This document shows positions 33,037 to 41,643 of a DNA stretch of 64,000 nt, one piece after another. The DNA is from Paramoeba atlantica (taxonomy: Eukaryota > Protista > Discosea). Made by a program: the position numbers and the translations under genes. Where the stretch lies: positions 271-64,270 of the forward strand of contig CDRNVI010000098.1 of assembly GCA_977017575.1 (NCBI GenBank), in the 5' to 3' direction. How positions within the stretch are numbered: position 1 is the first letter of the stretch; every line of letters starts with the position of its first letter. A model generated the notes under the pieces. The model worked only from the letters and a program-made list of their open reading frames with translations, was not told the DNA's origin and searched no databases.

Positions 33037-33610
33037 TGTTTTATCATGCACTTATAGTGCAGAGATTTACTCACCATGTCCTTATCCCGCATACGACGGG
33101 TGGATCATGTGAGGTTTCGTCCTCGCCGGAGGTGTGCGGGTGCGGAGAGCTGGCGTCCCAGGTGCAGAGAGCTCGGTTGTCATGTGCAGGTGCAGAGAGC
33201 CGGATGCGTAATCCCCATATTACAGTTTCGGGGGCAATCCGGGTGCAGAGAGCTGCGACAGAGCCGAGGTGCGGAGAGCTGGGCGACCGCCAGGTGCAGA
33301 GAGCCGAGTCTCGTCGGCGGAGGACACGTCTAGTGGTCCTCAAGGGAGGCCACCGTGACGCATGGCCCTCTCGGAGAGGAAAAAGACAAGTCGAAAAAAA
33401 GCCGAGAGGGGGAAGCACACTCACTCCAGGGGAGTGAGTCGGGGAGGGGTGAAGTGGTGAAAGCGCGTCCCCTGCTTCAGCGACAAGAGGGACAGTTCCG
33501 ACCTTAGTGCCGGCCGGCAACGGGCATGAAAATACAGTAAGAGTATGCCCGTTGCCGGGGAAAGAAAGGATGAACTAAGGAAAAAGTACCAACAAGGTAC
33601 AGAAACTGTA
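33037..33610 (-). mobile_element. SINE-like unit A, apparently complete, with an SL-core head
   Basis: Minus strand begins TACAGTTTCTGTACCTTGTTG, has a 14-bp hairpin and six GCTCTCYGCACC motifs, and ends in the two-hairpin tail ..CCCGTCGTATGCGGG..CTCTGCACTATAAGTGCATGATAAAACA. Confidence 0.8.
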
Positions 33611-34051
33611 GGTCATGATCATACGCTCGTGGCGCAGAGATACGTCTCTCTGTGTGACGGCCGATACCATCGGCGCATGACCCGCATACGACGGGTGTCA
33701 CACAGAGAGTGGAGTGCGAGGTAGGAGACGAGACGCCCATCGGTCATGCTACAGCACGTATAGCCATGGTTCATGCTGCAACACGGTCAAGCCGTGGGTT
33801 CATGCTGTCAGATGGTCTATCGTGGATCATGATGCATCATGGGGAGGTCCGTTACCGCCGCACTCGCTACAGCATGTAGGGAGAGAGGGGTGCAAGTTCG
33901 CATCCCCTATACACGCATACAACGTGTCCTCCCGCTGTAGCACGCCCAGTGGTCCTCAAGGGAGGCCACCATGGCGCATAGCTCCCGGGAGAAGAAAGCA
34001 CGAGAAGGAGAGAGCCGGGCTTTAGCACAGCCGGGCTTTAGAGAGCCGGGC
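33611..34051 (-). mobile_element. SINE-like unit B (diverged relative, 5'-truncated) fused head-to-tail to unit A
   Basis: Shares CACCCGTCGTATGCGGG, GTGGCCTCCCTTGAGGACCACT and an ATCTCTGC-hairpin-TGAT tail with unit A. Three AAAGCCCGGCT repeats lie at its 5' junction. Confidence 0.7.
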
Positions 34052-34196
34052 TTTAACACATCAATGTTGGGAGGTAAATGAGCAAAGTCCAGCTCGCCTG
34101 TGAATAAATTGTTTTTATTTTTTCATACTTTCCAGTAGAGTAAGTCGGGGGTATGACCCGCATTCAACGGGATTGCCCCCTTTTTAGAAGACAATG

Positions 34197-37100
34197 TCAA
34201 TACGTTTCCTCCTCCGACCATGTCGCCTCATTTCGGCGAGCCCAGAGTATGTAACTCCCCCTGAGGGCCATCTGTGTCATGCTTTCTCGACACTTTGTGG
34301 CCAAAATATGGTCGCCGTTAAAGATGGCATTAATATATTTGCATGACCCATTGGGGAATCCCCGGGCACCTATTTCAAAGGCTATTATGTAGGTGTCCGG
34401 GTTTTCCTGTCGCCGTGTATGTAAAAGGATGTTGTACTTCTCGGATTTTCTCCGATGAGCGTTCTCCGCATTCTCCTCCCATGGGACTGTGAGTTCGATG
34501 AGGAACTCTGTCCCATTGTGAAGTTTAATGTAACCGTCGGGACGGAGCAGTGTATCGTGTTCCCTCAGCCAAGCTGGTGGGTTACGCTCTCCTGGTAGGT
34601 CGAAATATGAAAACTCAGTTCCCTGTGCTTCCCTAATATGTTTCGCAAATTCGGCAAGGACAAGGTTATGACGGAAAGTATATCGTCCTTGCTGAAGTGA
34701 AGTGGTGCAGGCGGAAAGGGTGTGTCTGACGGTTTGCACTCGGTCGTTGCAAATAGGGCATTTCATGTTACTGTAGGTGCTGCGGCCCCATTGAACAAGC
34801 GCTGCTCGGGAAGGGAGCGGTGTAAGAGGGAAGGGAGCGGTGTCATGACGGATGCTACAAAGCGGGAGATCTTCGCATTCCGGATCCCATTTATGGCAGA
34901 AGCGAATTCTTGGGCCATTTCTGGATCCGTAGGAAACTGCCACCATAGGGCTGCGATGGGCGCGCGTTGCTGCAAGCGCGTGATTATTTCCTCCTCATGT
35001 GCTTCACGAAGCCGTTGACGAGTCATTCGGGGATCATCCAGATGTTCTGTAATTAAAGTAGCGGGTCGTATTTGACCTCTTTGACGTTTGTGTTGCTCTT
35101 CCTGTATGCGTATGCGAAGTGTATGTAGGACATTTGGATCTTTGGATTTGTTCATTTGCGTCATAGATTCTCCCGTGCATTCGTACCAAAGTTTTGACAG
35201 ACTCGTAAGGTTCCAGCCTCGGCAAGAGTACAGGACTTCAGAGCTTCCGGCACGCGCCATGTTTATCCATTTCCGTATGTGAGACGTGGCTCGCTTCTGA
35301 AGGCGTAGCACGGATCCGAATAACGATGGGTGAAATTAACGACGGGTGAATAACGAACTGAAAACGGAGACGTGAGAGAACGGCATTTTTGTACATCAAA
35401 AGCTTAGCGGGAAGGCTGTGGGCACTTTGTGTGATGTTCTCCATCCACTGTTTTAGTTTTGAGTCGAGTTTACGAAACAGCTCTTTCAGTTGTTGGGACC
35501 CCGGTGCCAAGGTCGTCCCGAGGAAGGTGCTACCGACATCACATATGTGTGGTATGGTCTCTCCGTAGACTTTTATTTCCGGACGTCTTGTCATATAGCC
35601 TGGATGTTCCTCGCCTTTACGGGTGCTCATGCACTGTATTCGACTCTTGTTCACGTTAATCTTAAGGCTTAGCTCGCCCAGCACTTTGGTAACTGCATCA
35701 AGTGCGTGTTGCATGTCTCCGTCGCTTTCAGTAAGAATAGTTAAGTCATCAGCAAAAGCCTTAAGGAAGTTGTTCAGACCGTTTGGGAGTTTCATACCGA
35801 AGTGCGGGCAGGAGAATCGGACATATCGCAAAACAATTTCCATCACTATCAGGAAGACAATAGGAGAGAGGGTATCCCCTTGGAGGACACCTTTTCGTAT
35901 AGAGATAGGTTGCGTAAGACCTTCGTAGCACTTAATGCGCATGTGCGCATCCGTTAGGGTATTTTTGATGTAGTGGATGACCTCCGGCGGTACTTGGGCC
36001 CATTTCAGAGCGGCATGTATGATATGATGTGGGACAGACCCGAAGGCATTGCTCAGGTCGAGTTGTGCGAGGCAATATTGAGTTTTGTGTTTCTGGTAAT
36101 GTCGCAGGAGTGAGCAAAGAGTTTGGGTGTGTTCCAGTGTACCGTTAATGGAAGGGAGAAAGCCTTTTTGTATTTGAGGGTCAATGACATGGTGTTCAGT
36201 CAGGTGTTGAGTCAGTCGATGTGCGATGATCGTGTGAAAGGTTTTACCTAGAGCACTAGTAAGGGAGATCGGGCGCCAGTTTTTCGGATTTTCTTTGTTA
36301 CCTGCTTTATATATCAGCCTGGTTACTGCGGTTTTCCATGATAGCGGGCACACAGAGAAAGTCATTAGATCGTTGAACACAGATGCAAAGTATTCGTGTG
36401 TCGATGGGCAGTTTTTGAGTATTTTGTTAGTTATCGTGTCGGTTCCTGGAGAACTGGCGTTGCGCTTCATTGTGACAGCTGCAGTGACATCCTCACGGGA
36501 GATCGGGTTCCATTGCATTGGCTGGCTAGCTGTCGGACCTAGTAGATCTGAAGGAGGGAGACGCGAGGATTGCTCATTGGGGTTAAAACTTTCTTGAAAG
36601 TATGATTCAATGCTAGATCTGTCACAGCTGGGAAATGCGGTGTTTTCTACCTCTCTTCCGTTAGGCTTATCAATCGTTTCGGATGCCGCGGTCCACGAGT
36701 TTCTAGAGAATCTCTGTGCGGCCCATCTTTCATCTAGATCTCTGCGTTGCATTGTAGCTTCCTCCTCCCTCAGCTTGATCGCTTTGCGACATTCCTTAAT
36801 TTGTGCCCGCGTTCTCTCGCGTTCCGCCCGGTTCCTCGTGTAACGTAGCGATCGTTTCATCGTTTCTAAATGGTGTTTGAGATCGGTTACGGTTCTTTCC
36901 GCCGCGAGTGGTCGGTATCTACGTCGTGCATGTCCGGTACTGGTCCTTATCAGGAAACCTTTCGTCGGATTTGCTTCTATGGCGACTTCATGTGCTGAGA
37001 CTGCTAATGCGGCACTGAGTAATTCCGCGTTTCGTACAGCTGCCTCTTTATCCGGTGTAGGGGTAAGTAGTTGAATGCATCTCTCTTTCGCTCTCGATTC

Positions 37101-39206
37101 GACAATCCGCCACTGTACCTCATTTAGTCGTATCGTAACCTTACCTCCGCTTATGGCTTCGTGCTTCTGGAGAAGTTGCGTTTGCAATCTGGTTCGAGAG
37201 TAGGCTTCTTGCTCGGGGGAGGCAGGGTACTCTGCAGCCGGAGGAGGGCTGTTCGGGTGCTGGATGGCTGCTGCATCGGTCTCTGAGTCTTCGGTGTCTC
37301 TTTGCGTAGTGTTCCTCCGGGCATACACTGGTCCGTATACTTTGCAGCACTTGTGGGCACATTCCACTTTGTTTCGACATGTGTGCTGACACGGGTGCAA
37401 ACTAAGCTTCGTAGGTGCCCTACTGATAGTTTGGATGCGGTGAGGGGATGCTTCTCGGCGCGGGTTCTTTTCATAGTGTACGTCTGAGGGATCTTCCTCC
37501 CGCTTATGTAGTGTAATATGCAGATGTTGAAGGAGGGGCACATCCCGTCCGGCAAGAACCTTGAGGATTGCGCGGCCGAGTGCTCCCGCGGAGCTGTATG
37601 ACTCACCAAGTTTGAAGGTATCATCTTTGTAGAGGGAAGTCCAGCTGGCGTGCCGTCGGTGTTCTTGCGCGTGCGCTTGTTTTACAACCCTTATGTAGTC
37701 ACATCCCTGGTGATCCATGAGCTCGTCCAGTGAGGCTGGCTGAACAATTAGGTCGTGGGAGCTTCCGTTCCCTGAAAGCATTTTACTGAGTGCCGCTTGC
37801 GCTGCTTGATGAGAAGCAATTCTGGCCTTGACTAGAGGGGATTCGCTGGCGGCCCGGACGTCTGGAAAATACCGCCAGGTGAGATCTGTGAGTGTTCTTA
37901 TTTTTAAGGGGCGCGCCCGGCTTTGGACAAAATGAAGATTTTGTTTGTGTTGAAGCGATGCACTCAGTCCAGTAGGTGTTGTGGCGGCGTCATCTAGGTT
38001 TCCCGAGTGTTGGTTGTTGAACACCCAGGTGGGAACTTCGTCCGTGCTTTCTTCCAGTAGGATGTGATGGTCTACGGAGACGCTAGGTACCGGTAGTGGG
38101 GAAGGGAGGCGAGCGAGCACCTCGGGATACAGAGATTCTGTATTTTGGTTTTCGTATCCAGGGATCTCGTCGTTTTTAGTGGCACTGCATGAGGTAGCTA
38201 TCGAGGCGTCGTTTTTGCTGTCGCAGTTTGGTTGCTCGGGAGCGCGATTTTCAAGGTGCAATAGTGGATTCGTACAATTGGGTTCATCATTCTCTGCTTG
38301 TACATTATGCGCGCTTGGAGCTTTGGGGGTAAGGAAGTCTATGTACCAGAGAAAGATGCGTAGTGGTAATTTTACAAGTTCCAAAATGATGGTCGATGTT
38401 GATGTCTTCTTGGTCTTCGCAAGTAGCAACCAAAGTTCATCGTATTTCCGTGAGACAGGCGTTTTGAAGTTGGAGAGGGTTAGATAGATCTGGTTGATTG
38501 CCACTGGAACTAGAGGTATGCTGCTTCGCAAAAGACTGAGCGCATACCATGTGAGTGCGAATATTAAGTGGACAAGTGTGCAGAATAGTTTCATGAGGTA
38601 CTTCACGTTATGAAATAGTATTGCAACCTTGAGGGTCTGCTCCGTGTAGGGGTTGCTCGTTTGATCTGGAGTAGTGTGTACTAAGTGGCGTTTGCAGCAG
38701 GCATGCTTGCATGTGTTTTTGTTTAGACATTTATGTTTACATGGCTTCGTTTGAGGTGGTTCTGTAGAGTTTCAGCAATATGCAGGTTGGGTTACGAAGT
38801 AGGGTATTTTCATGAATATTGTCGCCAGTAATGCTTCGATGATGCAATATACTCTCCCGAAGAATCTCGGTGGGGTGCTTATATTCGTCAAGTTCGGTGC
38901 TGTAGGAATATCGATTTTGTTTATGCGAGGCTGTTGCCTCTTACAACACGGGTGAAGACATGTTCGTTTGTTGAGGCACCTGTGTTTACATGGTGTTCCG
39001 TGGGTCATGGGGGTTTGCGGTACCATATTTGCAGTCACTAGTTCGGTTGGCGTGACGCATGATGGTGGTTCGGAGGGGGCACCATTCTCGTCGACGGGAC
39101 GTCCATGGTCTAAGAGATCAACGGTTGACATATCAACGCCGCGTGGTCCTCCCGTAAGGTCCTGCGGCGCATCAGCATGAGTGCAATGTGAAGGGGGTCG
39201 CGTCAT
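34197..39206 (-). pseudogene. retrotransposon polyprotein, interrupted
   Basis: First ATG after the SL at 39206, in-frame TGA at 38772-38774, a frameshift near 35315-35335 shared with the other copy, and a private 14-nt duplication near 34810-34845. Confidence 0.85.
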
Positions 39207-39234
39207 TGTAACGATAAAGATAAGAGAAAAAAAA

Positions 39235-39266
39235 CAACAAGGTACAGAAACTGTATCTTTATCGTT
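39235..39266 (-). other. spliced-leader-like exon at the 5' end of the retrotransposon
   Basis: AACGATAAAGATACAGTTTCTGTACCTTGTTG matches the kinetoplastid SL layout (AACG..ACAGTTTCTGTAC..TTG). The 3' 21 nt recur at 33590-33610. Confidence 0.75.
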
Positions 39267-39971
39267 CAAATTACACGTGTTTCATAAGTGATTTGTTGCG
39301 TCCAGAAGGTGCGCCTCTGGCGGCGAAGTGTTTTCGGCATAAAATGGGTTAGAAAGAGTTAAATGGTATTTTATTCATAGTTTGATGCGCTAAAATGACA
39401 AAAAATGATAAAAATCTGATTTTTTGCAGAATTTGTGGTTAAGAATTTCAGTAATTTATTCTCAAGTCGTCATATCAGCTTCAGGGGCGGCAACAATGGT
39501 GCCAGTAGTCTTAAAATTTCGAGATCTGTTGAATGCCGTAGGAATTAGGTCAAAAGCTCGCACGATACAAATTTTAGACCCCCTCCACCTTTTTCGTGAC
39601 CCCCCCTGTATAGTAGCGATGCCGCATTTTATGCATACCCCCCTACTATTCGCAATAAAAAAAGTTAAGAACACGATCCTACGAATATTGAGACGCATAG
39701 GTTCGCGTAATAAATACGTTTCAAGACTCTTCTTGAATCCACGACGGAGGAATGTTCCACCATGCTCGAGTAGGCATGTGACTGCGGGCTATTGTTCCAT
39801 TAAGCCCAGGATTCCCTGTTATGTCGAATCCAGCAACAGGCTTTGCAAGATTCGAGTGCACCAGACAGGAAAGATCCACAAATCCGGTGAATTGACAATT
39901 GGATACATTTAACACATCAATGTTGGGAGGTAAATGGGCAAAGTCCAGCTCTCCTGTGAATAAATTGTTTT
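39267..39971. repeat. right copy of the ~705-bp direct repeat
   Basis: Matches 32398-34115 after removing the 33036-34051 insertion. Confidence 0.9.
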
Positions 39972-40332
39972 GAACCCACAAGTTCAGCAAAAGTTCAGGC
40001 AGGGCTGAGAAGTCAACATCGCCACCCAACTGATTCGTCATCACCCGGGCTCGTTGTATCGTACGCGGTAAATACAGCCAATGTAATGATCCTTTCAGCG
40101 CACGTGAATACCAGCTTACTTCGCTTATACTTTTAGATTCGTCACATTCCACACCGTTCCACTCGCAGGCAGGCGTATGCGTATCCCACGAGGGGTGCGG
40201 GTTCCTAACATCACGGACAAATTTAGCAAGTTCGTATTCCTGCGGCAGAGCAACGCCCTTTACCTTACCTGGGCGCGCTGCTGGGGGTGTAGCGTCGGCT
40301 GCCTCACACAATAGGAGCGAAGAACGTGGCAT
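39721..40332 (-). CDS. small LRR protein (LPQEYELAKF subfamily), mosaic
   Basis: Intact 203-aa ORF. 39959-40239 is identical by eye to 26894-27174. Confidence 0.85.
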   Translation of the reverse strand: MPRSSLLLCEAADATPPAARPGKVKGVALPQEYELAKFVRDVRNPHPSWDTHTPACEWNGVECDESKSISEVSWYSRALKGSLHWLYLPRTIQRARVMTNQLGGDVDFSALPELLLNLWVQNNLFTGELDFAHLPPNIDVLNVSNCQFTGFVDLSCLVHSNLAKPVAGFDITGNPGLNGTIARSHMPTRAWWNIPPSWIQEES

Positions 40333-40739
40333 AATATTCTCCGGAATGAACTCGGTTGATTAAAGCTACATGTATGTAGTTCTAGAAATAAAGAATTTGC
40401 AATTGTAGTTTTATCAATTGTTTTCCATACATAATAAAGCATATTCCAGGATAGTATACCTTGTAGGTATATTAAATGGGTACGGTATACTAAATGTTGT
40501 CTAAAAAGCCAAAAAAACGCGGCGCTTCGTGGCGCATTCCTTATCTGTAGTTGCTAGAAAAATGGTGGATTGGCCTTCAAATAAGATTTCTTGGGTTGCG
40601 CTTGCTAGAAAAGTTGCTCTGTCGCTTCTAAAAATGGGACGTCTACCGCTTATGTTGTGTTGAAGGGGGTAGGTTTGCAAAATGGCCTTGGGTAGTAGGT
40701 CCCGAAATTATTAATGATCTTTTTGCGATTTTTCTTTTT

Positions 40740-40838
40740 TAGGCTCTTCGTTAAACGCGGAGGTAGTTTTCAACGCGAAGCGCGACGCATGAGTGACTTC
40801 TAAGTTGAAAACAACTACCGCGTTTAACGAAGAGGCTA
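40740..40838. mobile_element. 99-bp hairpin MITE, copy 2
   Basis: Near-identical to 243-341, TA ends. Confidence 0.8.
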
Positions 40839-40861
40839 ATAAAGAAAAATTGTCATTAATA

Positions 40862-41478
40862 CTACAAATTCATGTATACTTCACGGCGCTGCTCTCCGTT
40901 CGACGTTGTAATCTGTGTGTACTGGAAATCATAACTCAAGTAGGCGCAGTATAAAGCTACGTCGAAAACCCCATGAAGGTTTCCATTCATTTCTAACGAA
41001 AGAACCCGAAGAGTTGAAGGAAGTGAGCTCAAATCTACGGTCCCGGTAAAAAACATTCGATTACTTAGCAATTGCCTTAACATAGGCGGTAGGCAAAGAA
41101 GATTGGGTGTACCAGTGAAATCATTTCCAGCTATCAAAATATGCGTCATGTTCGGAGGAAACTCTTCAAAAGGAACTTCACCTCGTAAGCCTCACTGCTG
41201 TATGTTGAGAAAAACTAAGCTTGCTGGGAGGTATTTCCAAACTAGTACTCCACGCAGCTCCCGGAGACGCCAATCAATTTTATCAACTTGTTTCTTCTCA
41301 TTGCATGCAATGCCGACCCATTCACACGCAGGTGCTTTTTATCTGCGTTTTCAACAAGTCTCTCTAAATTATATTCGTCTGGTAAAGAAATAGAACGGAT
41401 TTTTGCTGCACGGCGATTGTTTGCAGATTGAGTGTCTGTCGTACGCAGCGCGCAGGCAAACGCAACGAAGATGAACAT
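40862..41478 (-). pseudogene. LRR family pseudogene
   Basis: RAAKIRSISLPDEYNLERL, APACEWVGIAC in a shifted frame, an internal TGA, then LRRs. Confidence 0.8.
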
Positions 41479-41643
41479 TAAAAGTAGAAAGACAAAAACA
41501 CACTGAGCTAAAATTATTTTATTCTTTTTTCGAACACAACTTTATACAACAGTAAAATCGGCACCTTAACGCTCAGTAAATGCTGAAGAACTTAAAATGA
41601 GTGCATAATAAGGGTTGCGGAGAGTTTTCGCGGGAGATATCTT

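Larger units (their letters stand above)
32398..34115. repeat. left copy of a ~700-bp direct repeat flanking the retrotransposon (interrupted by the SINE dimer)
   Basis: 32398-33035 plus 34052-34115 match 39267-39971 with roughly 1-1.5% differences. Contains the 3' half of an LRR gene. Confidence 0.9.
34112..39266 (-). mobile_element. full-length (~5.15 kb) RLE non-LTR retrotransposon, HERO/NeSL/R2-group-like
   Basis: One long coding region (N-terminal Cys/His motifs, RT, CCHC, RLE), the same 3' end as 23835-26528, and boundaries defined by the flanking direct repeat. Confidence 0.95.

Noticed and set aside
33037-33064. Helitron 3' end (terminal hairpin)
   Set aside because: There is no CTRR terminus or A|T insertion site, and the tail instead matches the retrotransposon 3' structure.
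33139-33304. CRISPR-like repeat-spacer array in unit A
   Set aside because: The repeats are only 12 nt, spacers are irregular (10-41 nt) and there are no cas genes.
33110-33335. Hammerhead ribozyme (GAGGACGAAAC resembles the stem II-GAAAC core)
   Set aside because: No CUGANGA box lies 5' of the partner strand (CTAGACGT instead), so the catalytic core is incomplete.
34112-39266. Group II intron or bacterial retron as the source of the RT
   Set aside because: The CCHC plus PD-(D/E)xK endonuclease, 5'-truncated copies, A-rich 3' end and flanking duplication fit an RLE non-LTR element.
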